DNA of 64,000 nt from Pristiophorus japonicus. Taxonomy: Eukaryota. The stretch spans positions 117,490,001 to 117,554,000 of the forward strand of contig NC_091987.1 of assembly GCF_044704955.1 (NCBI RefSeq). Direction: 5' to 3'. The stretch's first letter is position 1. Each line of letters starts with the position of its first letter. The notes beneath the pieces were generated by a model, which saw only the letters and a program-made list of their open reading frames with translations, had not been told where the DNA came from and made no database searches. The translations under genes were made by a program, and so were the position numbers. This document shows, one piece after another, positions 11,121-25,331 of this stretch.

Positions 11121-14100
11121 ATCATTACACCGTTTTGGGTACTGTTGGGGGAGATGATCCATTAGGGGAAGGCAGCAGCAGCCAAGTTCATGGCACCATG
11201 GTTGGCTCTGCTGCACAGGAGGACAGGAAAAAGAGTGGGCGAGCTATAGTGATAGGGGATTCTATTGTAAGAGGAATAGATTGCCGATTCTGCGGCTGCA
11301 AACGAGACTCCAGGATGGTATGTTGCCTCCCTGATGCAAGGGTCAAGGATGTCTCGGAGCAGCTGCAGCACATTCTGGAGAGGGAGGGGGAACAGCCAGT
11401 TGTCGTGGTGCATATAGGTACCGACGATATCGGTAAAAAATGGGATGAGGTCCTACAAGCTGAATTTAGGAAGCTAGGAGTTAAATTAAAAAGTAGGACC
11501 TCAAAGAGAATAATCTCAGGATTGCTACCAGTGCCACGTGCTAGTCAGAGTCGGAATCACAGGATAGTTCAGATGAATACGTGGCTTGAGGAATGGTCCA
11601 AGGAGGAGAGATTCAAATTCCTGGGGCATTGGAACCGGTTCTGGGGGGAGATGGGACCAGTACAAACCGGACGGTCTACACCTGAGCAGGACTGGAACCT
11701 ATGTCCTAGGCGGAGCGTTTGCTAGTGCTGTTGGGGAGGGGTTAAACTAATATGGCAGGGGTATGGGAACCTATGCAGGGAGGCAGAGGGAAGTAAAAAG
11801 GGGGCAGAAGCAAAAGGTAGGAAGGAGAAAAGCAAGAGTGGAGGGCGGAGAAATCAAGGGCAAAAATCAAAAAGGGCCACATTACAACATATTTCTAAAA
11901 GGACAAGGAATGTTAAAAAAACAAGCCTGAAGGCTCTGAGTCTCAATGCGAGAAGCATTTGTAATAAGGTGAACGAATTAACTGCGCAGATAGCTGTTAA
12001 GGGTATGAAGTTATTGGGATTACGGAGACATGGCTCCAGGATAACCAAGGCTGGGAACTCAACATCCAGAGCTATTCCATATTTAGGAAGGATAGACAGG
12101 AAGGAAAAGGAGGTGGGGTAACATTAATGGTTAAAGAACAGGTAAACACAAAGGAAAGGAAGGACATTAGCGTGGATGATGTGGAATTTATATGGGTAGA
12201 GCTGCAAAACACCAAAGGGTAGAAAACGTTAGTGGGAGTTGTGTACAGACCACCAAACAGTAGTAGGAAGGTTGGGGATGGCATCAAACAGGAAATTAGG
12301 GATGCGTGCAATAAGGGTACAGCAGTTATCATGGGTGACTTTAACCTACATATTGATTGGGCTAACCAAACTGGTAGCAATACTGTGGAGAAGGATTTCC
12401 TGGAGTGTATAAGGGATAGTTTTCGAGATCAATATGTCGAGGAACCAACTAGAGAGCAGGCCATCCTAGACTGGGTCTTGTGTAACGAGAGAGGATTAAT
12501 TAGCAATCTGGTCGTACGTGGCCCCTTGGGGAAGAGTGACCATAATATGGTAGAATTCTTCATTAAGATGAAGAGTGACACAGTTAATTCAGAGACTAGG
12601 ATCCTGAACTTAAAGAAAGGAAACTTCGATGGTATGAAACTTGAGTTGGCTAGGATAGACTGGCGAATGATACTTAAAGGGTTGACGGTGGATAGGCAAT
12701 GGCAGACATTTAAATATCACATGGATGAATTACAACTACTGTACATCCCTGTCAGGCATAAAAATAAAACAGGAAAGGTGGCTCAATCGTGGCTAAGAAG
12801 GGAAATTAGGGATAATGTTAAATCCAAGGAAGTGGCATATAAATTGGCTAGAAAAAGCAGCAAACCTGAGGACTGGTAGAAATTTAGAATTTAGCAGAGG
12901 AGGATGAAAGGCTTAATTAGGAGGGGGAAAATAGAGTATGAGAATAAGCTTGCAGGGAACATAAACATAGAAACATAGAAACATAGAAAATAGGTGCAGG
13001 AGTAGGCCATTCAGCCCTTCTAGCCTGCACCGCCATTCAATGAGTTCATGGCTGAACATTCAACTTCAGTACCCCATTCCTGCTTTCTCGCCATACCCCT
13101 TGATCCCCCTAGTAGTAAGGACCTCATCTAACTCCTTTTTGAATATATTTAGTGAATTGGCCTCAACAACTTTCTGTGGTAGAGAATTCCACAGGTTCAC
13201 CACTCTCTGGGTGAAGACGTTCCTCCGCATCTCGGTCCTAAATGGCTTACCCCTTATCCTTAGACTGTGACCTCTGGTTCTGGACTTCCCCAACATTGGG
13301 AACATTCTTCCTGCATCTAACCTGTCTAACCCCGTCAGAATTTTAAATGTTTCTATGAGGTCCCCTCTCATTCTTCTGAACTCCAGTGAATACAAGCCCA
13401 GTTGATCCAGTCTTTCTTGATAGGTCAGTCCCGCCATCCCGGGAATCAGTCTGGTGAACCTTCGCTGCACTCCCTCAATAGCAAGAATGTCCTTCCTCAG
13501 GTTAGGAGACCAAAACTGTACACAGTACTCCAGGTGTGGCCTCACCAATGCCATGTACAACTGTAGCAACACCTCCCTGCCCCTGTACTCAAATCCCCTT
13601 GCTATGAAGGCCAACATGCCATTTGCTTTCTTAACCGCCTGCTGCACCTGCATGCCAACCTTCAATGACTGATGTACCATGACACCCAGGTCTCGTTGCA
13701 CCTCCCCTTTTCCTAATCTGTCACCATTCAGATAATAGTCTGTCTCTCTGTTTTTACCACCAAAGTGGATAACCTCACATTTATCCACATTATACTTCAT
13801 CTGCCATGCATTTGCCCACTCACCTAACCTATCCAAGTCGCTCTGCAGCCTCACAGCATCCTCCTCGCAGCTCACACTGCCACCTAACTTAGTGTCATCC
13901 GCAAATTTGGAGATACTACATTTAATCCCCTCATCTAAATCATTAATGTACAGTGTAAACAGCTGGGGCCCCAGCACAGAACCTTGCGGTACCCCACTAG
14001 TCACTGCCTGCCATTCTGAAAAGTACCCATTTACTCCTACTCTTTGCTTCCTGTCTGACAACCAGTTCTCTATCCATGTCAGTACACTACCCCCAATCCC

Positions 14101-16169
14101 ATGTGCTCTAACTTTGCACATCAATCTCTTGTGTGGGACCTTGTCGAACGCCTTCTGAAAGTCCAAATATACCACATCAACTGGTTCTCCCTTATCCACT
14201 CTACTGGAAACATCCTCAAAAAATTCTAGAAGATTTGTCAAGCATGATTTCCCTTTCACAAATCCATGCTGACTTGGACCTATCATGTCACCTCTTTCCA
14301 AATGCACTGCTATGACATCCTTAATAAAACTGACTGCAAAAGCTTCTATAGATATGTGAAGAGAAAAAGATTAGTGCAGACTTATGTAGGTCCCTTGCAG
14401 TCAGAATCAGGTGAATTCATAATGGGGAACAAAGAAATGGCAGACCAATTGAACAAATACTTTGGTTCTATCTTCACTAAGGAAGACACGAATAACCTCC
14501 CGAAAATACGAGGGGACTGAGGGTCTAGCGAGAAGGAGGAACTGAGGGAAATTCTTATTAGTCAGGAAATGTTGTTAGGGAAACTGATGGGACTGAAGGC
14601 CGATAAATTTCCAGGGCCTGATAGTCTGCATCCTAGAGTACTTAAGGAAGTGGCCCTAGAAATATTAGATGCATTGGTGGTCATTTTCCAAAATTCCATG
14701 GACTCTGGATCAGTACCTATGGATTGGAGGGTAGATAATGTAACCCCACTTTTTAAAAAAGGAGGGAGAGAGAAAACAGGGAATTATAGACCCGTTAGCC
14801 TGACATCGGGTGGGGAAAATGCTGGAATCAATTCTTGAAGACGTAATAGCAGCGCATTTGGAAAGCAGTGACAGGATCGGTGTCCAAGTCAACATGGATT
14901 TATGAAAGGTTGACAAATCTTCTGGAGATTTTTGAGGATGTAACTAGTAGAGTGGATAAGGCAGAACCAATGCATATGGTGTATTTGGACTTTCAAAAGG
15001 CTTTTGACAAAGTCCCACACAAGAGATTAGTGTGCAAAATTAAGGCACATGATATTGGGGGTAATGTATTGACTTGGATAGAGAACTGGTTGGCAGACAG
15101 GAAGCAAAGAGTGGGAATAAATGGGTCCTTTTCAGAATGGCAGGCAGTGACTAGTGGGGTGCCGCAGGGTTCAGTGCTGGGACCCCAGCTATTTACAATA
15201 CACATTAATGATTTGGACGAAGGAATTGAATGTAATTTCTCCAAGTTTGCAGATGAAACTAAGCTGGGTGGCAGTGTGTGCAGTGCGGAGGATGCTCAGA
15301 GGCTGCAAGGTGACTTGGACAGGTTAAGTGAATGGGCAAATTCATGGCAGATGCAGTATAATATGGATAAATGTGAGGTTATCCACTTTGGTGGCAAAAA
15401 CACGAAGGCAGATTATTATCTGAATGGTGATAGATTTGTAAAAGGGTAGGTGCAATGAGACTTGGGTGTCATGGTACATCAGTCACTGAAGGTAGGCATG
15501 CAGTTACAGCAGGCAGTAAAGAAATCAAATGGCATGCTGGCTTTCATGGCGAGAGGATTTGAGTATCGGAGCAGGGAGGTCTTGCTGCAGTTGTACAGGG
15601 CCTTGGTGAGACCACACCTTGAGTATTGCGTGCAGTTTTGGTCTCCTAATCTGAGGAAGGAAGTGCTTGCTATTGAGGGAGTGCAGCTAAGGTTCACCAG
15701 GCTAATTCCCGGATGGCAGGACTGACATATGAAGAAAGACTGGATCGGCTAGACTTATAATCACTGAAATTTAGAAGAATGAGAGGGCATCTCATAGAAA
15801 CATATAAAATTATGACGGGTCTGAACAGGTTAGATGCAGGAAGAATGTTCCCGATGTTGGGAAAGTCCAGAACCAGAGGTCACAGTCGAAGGATAAGGGG
15901 TAAGCCATATAGGACCAAGAAGACGAGAAACTTTTTCACCCAGAGAGTGGTGAACCTGTGGAATTGTTGTTAAGTCCAGTTCGTTGGATATATTCAAGAG
16001 GCAGTTAGATGTGGCCCTTACGGCTCAGGGAATCAGTGGGTATGGAGAGAAGGCGGGAGTGGGGTACTGAAGTTAAATGATCAGCCATGATCATATTGAT
16101 TATCGGTGCAGGCTCAAAGGGCCGAATGGCCTGCTCCTGCACGTATTTTCTATGTTTCTTTTGTTTCTT
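11121..16169 (+). mobile_element. CR1 LINE 'C', near full length and decayed (ORF1 SGNH esterase, APE endonuclease, RT)
   Basis: IVIGDSIVRG (ORF1), YRPP / MGDFN / SDH (APE), [10 protein letters not shown] (RT); ttctatgt tail near 16150. Confidence 0.92.
12966..14323 (-). mobile_element. CR1 LINE 'D', 5'-truncated with uninterrupted RT ORF, nested in CR1 'C'
   Basis: 413-aa ORF 13066..14307; (catagaaa)n tail; splits the host sequence gggaacataaa|aactgactgc. Confidence 0.93.
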
Positions 16170-16779
16170 TCCTCAAAGAACTCCAGCAAATTTGTCAAAC
16201 ATGACTTCCCCTTCATAAATCCATGCTGACTCTGCCTGACTGAATTTTGCTTTTACAAATGTCCTGCTACTGCTTCTTTAATAATAGACTCCAACATTTT
16301 CCCAACCACAGATGTTAGGCTAACTGCTCTATAGTTTCTTGCTTTTTGTCTGCCTCCTTTTTTAAATAGGAGCGTTACATTTGCAGTTTTCCAATATGCT
16401 GGGACCTCTCCAGAATCCAGGGAATTTTGCTAAATTACAACTAATGCATCCACAATCCCTGCCGCTACTTCTCTTAAGACCCTAGATTGCAAGCCATCGG
16501 GTCCAGGGGATGTATCTGCCTTTAGTCCCATTATCTTACTGAGTACCACCTCCTTAGTGATTGTGATTGTGTTAAATTCCTCCCCCGCTATAGCCCTTTG
16601 GCTATCCAATGTTGGAATATTGTTAGTTTCCTCTACCGTAAAGACTGATACAAATTATTTGTTCAGAATTTCTGTCATCTCCATGTTCCCCATTACTAAT
16701 TCCCCAGGCTTGTCCTCTAAGGGACCAACATTTACTTTAGCCAATCTTTTCCTTTTTATAGCCCTATAGAAACTCTTGC
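16170..16779 (-). mobile_element. CR1 LINE 'A', 5' continuation
   Basis: Continues the RT sequence interrupted at 11120 (cctcaaagaactccagc...); paralogous to 1-590. Confidence 0.88.
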
Positions 16780-19700
16780 TATTGTGTTCCTAACACAGAT
16801 GAGACTGCACACAGGGAGGTTAAAGTAACAGTGACCTCAGTCTTTATTAAGACACTCCAGAGAGAGGAATAGGCCTTAGGGGTCGGCTTATATACAGTGC
16901 TCCCAAGGGATGCTGGGATCCCTTGGGACTTCAGGGGATGCGCTCCCTGGTGGCGGAACATGGAAGTGCATGCTTTACAGATACACAACATCATTCCCTG
17001 CCAAAGTCAAAGTGAAAACTATTTACAAGGTGAGGCGGTCGGGAGCCTTTCTTTCCCTGGTGGACCGTCTCGGTACAAATGTCTGTTCTGGTGTGTTGGC
17101 TGTGCCCTCGCTGGGCTGGCATGTTGTTGGCCCTGCAGGGCTGCTGGGTGAGCCTGGCCTTGCTGGGCTGTTGGGCGTGATGGGTTCGATTTCCTGGTCC
17201 GGAGTGGTGTCGTTGATCATTTGGGTGTGTGTTGTGGGCTTGAAAAAGGTGGTGTCTGCTGTGGGTTGTTCAGGGCAGTCTGTGAACCACAGCCTCGTTT
17301 GGTCCAGATGCATTCTACAAATTTGTCCATTGTCTAGTTTGACTACAAACACCCTACTCCCTTCTTTAGCTATCACCGTGCCCGCGATCCACTTGGGACC
17401 ATGTCCATAGTTTAGCACATACATAGGGTCATTCAGATAAATTTCCCGTGACACAGTGGCGCAGCCATCATTTACATTTTGTTGCTGCCGCCTGCTCTCT
17501 ACCTGATCATGCAGGTTGGGGTGAACCAGCGAGAGTCTGGTTTTAAGTGTCCTTTTCATGAGCAGCTCAGCCGCGGGCACCCCTGTGAGCGAGTGGGGTC
17601 TCGTGCGGTAGCTGAGCAGTACTCGGGACAGGCGGGTTTGGAGTGAGCCTTCTGTGACTCATTTAAGGCTCTGTTTGATTGTTTGTACTGCCCGTTCTGC
17701 CTGCCCATTGGAGGCTGATTTAAACGGGGCCGAGGTGACATGTTTGATCCCATTGCGGGTCATGAATTCTTTAAATTCGGCACTGTTGAAACATGGCCCA
17801 TTGTCACTGACCAGTATGTCAGGCAGGCTGTGGGTGGTAAACATGGCCCTCAGGCTTTCAATGGTGGCGGTGGTGGTGCTTCCCGACATTATTTCACATT
17901 CAATCCATTTTCAAAAAGCATCTACCACCACCAGGAACATTTTACCGAGAAACGGGCCTGCATAGTTGACATGGATCCTCGACCATGGTCTGGAGGGCCA
18001 GGACCACAAACTTAGTGGTGCCTCTCTGGGCGCGTTGCTCAACTGAGCACACACACTGCATTGCCTTACACAGGACACTAAATCAGAGTCGATACCAGGC
18101 CACTACCCGTGAGATCTGGCTATCGCTTTCATCATTACTATACCCGGGTGTGTGCTGTGAAGATCTGAGATGAACATCTCCCTGCCCTTTTTGGGTAGCA
18201 CTACGCGGTTACCCCACAACAGGCAGTCTGCCTGAATGGACAGCTCATCCTTTCGCTGCTGGAACGGCTTGATTACCTCTTGCATTTCAACGGGGATGCT
18301 GGCCCAGCTCCCATGCAGTACACAGGTTTTTACTAGGGACAGCAGAGGATCTTGGCTGGTCCAAGTCCTAATCTGGCGGGCCGTGACAGGTGATTTATCA
18401 TTTTCAAATGCTTCCATGACCATCAACAAGTCCGCGGGCTGCGCCACCATCAACAAGTTTGCAGGTTGCGCCATTTCCACCCCCGTGGTGGGCAATGGTA
18501 GCCGACTGAGAGCATCCGCACAGTTCTCGGTGCCTGGCCTGTGGCGGATGGTATAGTTATACGCTGATAGCGTGAGTGCCCACCTTTGTATGCAGGCTGA
18601 GGCATTAGTATTTATCCCCTTGTTTTCAGCGAACAGGGATATGAGGGGCTTGTGATCGGTTTCCTGCTCAAATTTGAGGACAAACAGGTACTGATGCATT
18701 TTCTTTACCCGGAACACACACGCTAATGCCTCTTTCTCAATCATGCTGTAGGCCCTCTCGGCCTTAGACAAGCTCCTGGAGGCATAGGCGACAGGTTGCA
18801 ACTTCCCCGCAATGTTAGCTTGTTGTAATACACACCCGTCTCCGTACGACGACGCATCACATGCTAGCACAAGTCTTTTACACGGGTTATACAATACAAG
18901 CAGCTTGTTGGAGCATAAAATGTTTCTGGCTTTCTCAAAAGCAATTACTTGTTTTTTTCCCCATATCCAGTTCTCACCTTTACGCAATAACACATGTAGG
19001 GGCTCTAAGAGGGGGTTAACCCTGGTAGGAAATTACCAAAATAGTTGAGGAGTCCCAGGAACGACCGCAGCTCCGTGATGTTCTGTGGCCTAGGCGCGTT
19101 CCTGATAGCCTCTGGTCTTGGCGTCTGTGGGCGAAATGCCGTCCGCCACGATCTTTCTCCCCAAAATTCCACTTCTGTTGCCATGAAGACGCATTTTGAC
19201 CTCTTCAGCCACAGCCCTACATGATCCAGGCGCTGGAGAACCTCCTCCAGGTTTTGTAGGTGCTCGACAGTGTCCTGACCTGTGACCAATATGTCGTCCT
19301 GAAAAACCACCGTGCGTGGTACCGACTAGAGTAGGCTCTCCATGTTTCTCTGGAAGATTGCTGCAGATGACCAAATTCCAAATGGGTATCTATTGTAGAT
19401 GAACAGTCCCTTGTACGTGTTGATGCAGGCGAGGCCCTTCGAAGACTCCTCCAGCTCCTGCGTCATGTAGGCCGAAGTCAGGTCGAGCTTGGTGAACGTC
19501 TTGCCTCCTGCCAGTGTCGCAAATAGGTCGTCTGCCTTTGGTAGCGGGTATTGGTCCTGTAGCGAGAAACAATTAATAATTACTTCATAATCGCCGCAAA
19601 CCCTGACCGTGCCATCACTTTTGAGTACTAGAACAACGGGCTGGCCCACTCGCTGAATTCCACTGGGGAGATGATGCCCACGCGTTGCAGCCTGTCCAGC

Positions 19701-21386
19701 TTGATTTCCACCTGCTCCCTCATCATGTGAGGTACCGCTCGCACCTTGTGGTGAATGGGTCGTGCCTCTGGGACCAAGTGGATCTGCACCTTCGCCCTGG
19801 AAAAGTTTCCAATGCCTGGCTCAAAAAGGGAAGGAAATTTGTTAAGAACCTGGGTACATGAGGCCTCATCGACATATGATAGCGCTCGGAAGTCATCCCA
19901 GGTCCAGCGGATTTTGCCCAGCCAGCTCCTTCCAAGCAGTGTGGGGCCATCGCCCAGGACAATCCAGAGTGGCAGTTCGTGCACCGTGCCCTCGTAGGTG
20001 ACCTTGTCCATGGCACTGCCCAGGACAGTGATGAGCTCTTTGGTGTACGTTTCCAGTTTCGTGTGGATGGGGCTCAGGGCTGGTCTGAGTGCCTTGTTGC
20101 ACCACAGTCTCTCAAACATCTTTTTACACATGATGGATTGGCTAGCGCCAGTGTCCAGTTCCATGGCTACGGGTAAGTCATTCAATTTTACATTTAGCAT
20201 TATAAGTGGACATTTCGTTGAAAATGTATGCACCCCGTGTACTTTAGCATCTGCCTCCTCTCTCTGAGGCTCAAAATTGCTTTGATCCACCATGGACCAA
20301 TCTTCCTCTGCCACGAGGTGGTTAGCAGGTTTTGCAGAGCTTGCAGCTCGTCTGCAAACTCGTTGGAGGTGCCCCATTGTTCCACAGCTCTTGCAAACAT
20401 ACTCTTTGAAGCAGCATGAATAGGCTGAATGGAAGCCTCCACAACGCCAACAAGGTGTGAATTGCCTTGCATTCATCCTTTGTTGCGGACTCTGAGTCAT
20501 CTGGGTCACCTGAGGCCTGCTGGCAGTTGTAGACTCGTGGTTTCTGTCCTGTACATTTCTGCTCGCAAACACAGTTCCAGTTAATTTATCAACATTGCTA
20601 GCACTTGTGTGCTGAGAGATTTGTTTGGTGTTATCACTGGTGGACATAAACGCCTGTGCTATCGCAATGGTCTTACTGAGGGTCGGTGTCTCTACAGTCA
20701 AAAGTTTTCGTAGGATGGTCTCGTGGCCAATACCCAGTACAAAAAAGTCTCTGAGCATCTGCTCCAAGTAGCCATCAAACTCACATTGTCATGCAAGTTG
20801 CCTTAGCTCGGCGACATAGCTCACCACTTCCTGACCTTCAGATCGCTGGCATGTGTAGAACCGATACCTTGCCATCAGCATGCTCTCCCTCGGGTTAAGA
20901 TGCTCCTGAACCAGTGAACACAGCTCCGCATATGACTTATCTGTGGGTTTCACCGGAGCCAGAAGATTCTTCATGAGGCTGTCGGTTGGTGTCCCGCAGA
21001 CCGTGAGGAGGGCCGCTCTCCTTTTTGCAGCGCTTCCTTCTCCATCCAGCTATTTGGCTACAAAGTACTGGTCTAGCCATTCGATATAGGCTTCCCAGTC
21101 CTCAACCTCCGAGAACTTTTCCAGGATGCCCACAGTTTGCTGCATCTTTGCGTTGGATTCGTATACTCGTCGCCAGTTATTGTGTTCCTAATGCAGATGA
21201 GACTGCACACAGGGAGATTAAAGTCACAGTGACCTGAGTCTTTATTAAGACAATCCAGAGTGAGGAACAGGCCTTAGGGGCCGGCTTATATACAGTGCTC
21301 CCAAGGGATGCTGGGATCCCTTGGGATTCAGGGGATGTGCTCCTTGTGGCACAACATGGGAGTGCATGCTTTACAGATACACAACA
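16780..21386 (-). mobile_element. Ty3/Gypsy LTR retrotransposon (Mag-like), full structure, frameshifted gag-pol
   Basis: LTRs 16780-16990 and 21178-21386; TSD cttgc; PBS tggcgacgag; two zinc knuckles, ELDTGAS protease, FQDD RT, LACDAS RNase H and SDNGPCF integrase in PR-RT-RH-IN order. Confidence 0.95.
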
Positions 21387-21820
21387 CTTGCTATCTGTTT
21401 TTATATTTTTGTGCTTACTCTAGAAAAACCATGCAGAATTTCGAACACATCTATTAGAATTCCTCTTAATCTTCTATGCTCTAAGGAAGTTTGAATCGAG
21501 AAGGACCTTCATCCCATTTGATTTACTTCTATCAAAGTACCAACTGCACTCATTTTCCCATTATTGAATTACTACACACATCATAAAGCTAAAAGTGTTG
21601 GATTAGGAGACTGGGATTCACTCATCTGAGTTTCAGAGCGATACAATTGCTTTACAGTTTTATACTATTAAATCAATAACCTAACTTAAGCTGAAAGATT
21701 ACTCAGGTACAATGCATATATATACATGTGCAATATTTAAGTACAACTGATTGTTGCTTTTGTTAAATGAGATAGGTTTGCTAATCACATCTGATCTAAT
21801 ATCTTGTACAATGTTTACAG

Positions 21821-21868
21821 GCACCATTTCTTCAAATACTGCAGGATCTTCACCACCTAACAAGACAG
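21821..21868 (+). CDS. Micro-exon type A, 48 nt, (G)TISSNTAGSSPPNKT
   Basis: tttacag|GCACC...AAGACAG|gtactg. Confidence 0.7.
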
Positions 21869-22264
21869 GTACTGGAAATGTGTTTTCTGAGAATGTAGTG
21901 ATTTGTTTAGAACCAGAGAGAACCGTTTGACCAATGATCAAATGATGTCAATCTCAGCTGCATGAATTGTGAAAGAGCCATTTTGAAGTTGCATCTGACT
22001 CATAGATGTAGACCTGTGATCGCAGCCTTTGCTGTCAACCTTGAAGGCGTTATGGGCCTGGGACATTAGCCCCACAATACAATTGCGGGACATTTTCAAC
22101 TTCAGTGCAGGTGTGGATTGGCCACCTGTTGTACACCTCAGCCGATTTTCTTATCCATTAGACTCAGCTGGGTTCTATAAAAGGCCACTTCTCTAGATTA
22201 TCCCCTGGGCGGCGAAGGCGTAAATTTAGCACATCCATCCTAACCACTAGTAATCTTTTTGCTT

Positions 22265-22312
22265 CGAATATCTTTACCATAACTCCCACATTGCCTACAT
22301 CTCTTGTGACAG
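22265..22312 (+). pseudogene. Dead type C micro-exon
   Basis: Acceptor reads gcttcg (no AG); donor gtcatt. Confidence 0.6.
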
Positions 22313-22901
22313 GTCATTGCAAATGGGTGTTGGAGAAATTTTAATTTTGAAAATGACAGTCGTACATTAATGGACAAAATTTGATTACTGTCTTCTTGAC
22401 AGTTTGAATGTACTTGTGCTCCATCTCATTAATGCAGAATGATTGACAAATTCTGCCCCCTCTGTTCATTGGCCATCAGCATCTCCATTAAGGTGCACAG
22501 GGAAGGACTGGACAGATAGAGAACTGGTTTGATCCAAGTGCCTTGCCACCCGTCCCATAGCACTGTTGCTCAAACCTCTGAAAAACATCAATATGCTTAA
22601 TTACACAAAAAGAAACAGTCAACTGCTTGCAAATGGGATTTATTGACACCAGTGGGGGAAAAGGTGCATCACAGTGAGTGCATAGGTTGTAGGTGTGTGG
22701 AAGAAACTCACGGTAAACAACCGTTCCACAGAACATCATCAGTGGCACAATTTTAATGGGGTTTAAGATCAAAGATTTAGAATTATTATTAAATCTTATG
22801 AATTTGGTTCTGTTTGGAATGATTTAAATTCAAAATGGGAATTATACAAAAAAAGTCTAAATTTGACTGGGAATATACATTTTTTTCATGGCTGTAACTT
22901 T

Positions 22902-24256
22902 GCACCCAAATTTCCGCAACCCCTTTTTCTGGCGCACTCTCCCGAGATGTGCCGACTTTGTGTGCCCAAAACAGCGCCAAAAAACTTACTAACAATTCTG
23001 TCCACTTTGTTGTGTGTCCCGGGTCCTGGTGCAGCATTTCTTGTGGAGTGGGGGGCAGAGCTACAGCCCTGTGCCGAAAACAGTAGCGGCAGTTGTCTGC
23101 ATGTGCAGTAGAGCATTCGTGCATGTGCAGTAGAGCATTCGTGCATGCGCAGTAGCTCCTCCCATGATTGTGATGATGATGTCTGCAGCATGGGACCCAA
23201 CGCATCCCGCCTCTATCCTGGGCCGAGTGGCCTGACGCACAGGCCGGCCTCTGCCTTCCCACGCTGAGGGCTACAAGAAACACATTGGTCGGGGGAAGAG
23301 TTTCCATTGGGGGCGGGGGAAGAGTTTTGATCAGCGGGGGGCAGGGGAAGAGTTTTGATATGGGGGGGGAATAGTTTTGATCGGAGCGGGGGAAGAGTTT
23401 TAATCGGTGGTGGGGGAGAAGAGTTTTGATCGGGGTTTGGGGGGGGAGACAGAATCTTCAAAGATTTTCCAGTACTTTAATATCTAGATATCTTTACGAA
23501 AAATTCCCTATCTGCAGTACCTTACATCTCACTTACTACTGCATAGAATTCTAAAATTATACTAATTATCAGAGTCACATTACGCAAAGCTGAACACCAA
23601 AATTTAAGTTTATATTTTGAAATACTTTTTTTGTTAAGTCTAACATTTTAAATTTCTAAACCTAGTCAGGGCAATTCTTTGGTGCTGCAGAAGTCAAAAT
23701 CCAGTGTGATGTGATGCCGCACACGAATTCATTAGGCGAGAGCGTTGGTGCTCTTGATCTATTATTTACAAAGAAAACCCTCCCCTTGCTTAAGTGGCCC
23801 CTATTCTTCAGCCTTCATTACAAGATCATTTTTATTCTTGTAAAAACCCCATACTTAGTTTAATCAGGCTGATAGCACCTACACCATGTCCAGTCTTGCT
23901 TCTTGGGATTTAAAAAAAAACTAGCATTCCTATCATAACACTGTCATTTGGAGGCTTCCTGCGCTGATTTCTTAACTCTTCGCAAGGGTTTTCTTTGCGG
24001 CCACAAGTGGCTACATACACTGGCCTAAGTTAGTTTGGAGCAACTATTAGCTATCTAAACTGGCTTAAATGGCGAAAACAGGCGTAAGTGGCTGGTAAAC
24101 GCCCCCTTTTGAAAAAAAAACGAAACTAAAAAAAATCCTAACTAACTCACGTACGTTGTCGCAAATTAAATGTGCAGAATGTGGATTTTTAACATACTCC
24201 AGAAAAATCAAGTTGCTCCAAATAAAATGGAGCCACTCCTGGCCAAATTTGGGCCC
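22902..24256. mobile_element. Non-autonomous PIF/Harbinger-like TIR element
   Basis: Imperfect TIR gcacccaaattt / aaatttgggccc, flanked by ttt/ttt; shares 'taagttagtttggag' with 4036-5410 in the opposite orientation; internal ggggaagagttttgatc repeats at 23290-23460. Confidence 0.75.
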
Positions 24257-24441
24257 TTTGTTACAGAAACTGTTCGAGGGAATAATCTGAATATATTAAA
24301 CTCATGAAAAATGTCACATTGTACAATATAAACCTCAAGTAGTTCACCTATGTCATAATCTGTGGACACTTTACAAAGTAATGTTGCAGACTGGGTGTGG
24401 CTGTTGATTGTCTGATCTGAAATCTTGTACTTTCCTTACAG

Positions 24442-24489
24442 AAAACAGCACTACTGTTAACATGACATCTTCCCCACAGAACACAACAG
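24442..24489 (+). CDS. Micro-exon type B, 48 nt, (E)NSTTVNMTSSPQNTT
   Basis: ttccttacag|...ACAACAG|gtaatg. Confidence 0.75.
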
Positions 24490-25331
24490 GTAATGAAATT
24501 GAATTCTTTGAAAATATTCAGAGTATAAGAAAGCTGATGCTGAAATTGAGTAGTTAAAAACCACACGAAACTGTTGATGCGATTTATTGTCGAATCGTAC
24601 AGGACAGAAGGAGGCTATTGGGCCCATTGTACCTTTGCCGGCTCTTTGAATGAGCTTTCCACTTAGTTCCACTACTCTCCTCTTTCCCCATAGCCCTGCA
24701 AATTTCTCCTTTTCAACTAGACAATGAATTCCCTTTTGAAAGTTCCTATTCAATCACCTTCCACCGCCATTTCAAGCAGTGCATTCTAGACCATAACAAT
24801 TCGCTGCGTAAAAATAATTCTTCCTCAGCTCCCGTCGAGGCTGTTGCTAATTACCTTAAATCCATGACTAATTATTGCCCCTCCTGCCAGTAGAAGCTTT
24901 TTGACCAACTCACTCTATCAAAATGATTCAGAATTTTGAACACGTCTATTCAATCTCCTCTTAGTCTTCTCTGCTCTATGGAGGTTTGAATCGAGAAGGA
25001 CCTTCAGCCCATTCGATCTCATCCTATTAAAGTACCAACTGCACTCATTTTCCCATTACTGAATTACACATCATAAACCAAAAGTGTTGGATTGGGAGAC
25101 TGCGATTCAATCACCTGAGTGACATTGTTTCTATTCATGGCTGCAATTTTGTTGCAGAAACTGTTGGAGGGAATAGTCTGAATTGAGTAAACTCATGAAA
25201 AATTTAACATGTTACAGTATAATCTTTAAATCGTTCATCTGTGCCATAATCTGTAGACACTTTACAATGTAATGCTGCAGACAAGGTGTGGCTTTTGATT
25301 GTCTGATTGAAATCTTATACTTTCCTTACAG

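Noticed and set aside
11015-11725. SGNH/GDSL esterase-like ORF as a novel host enzyme
   Set aside because: The esterase domain is an established part of CR1 ORF1, and here it sits directly upstream of CR1 ORF2.
17023-20974. Gypsy gag-pol as an active or domesticated gene
   Set aside because: Both Gypsy copies have multiple frameshifts and stops, and the LTR pairs already differ by several substitutions.
21166-21175. tRNA-like sequence ctcgtcgcca (also at 32363)
   Set aside because: It is only the primer-binding site of the LTR elements; no tRNA, rRNA or other ncRNA gene could be supported in the window.
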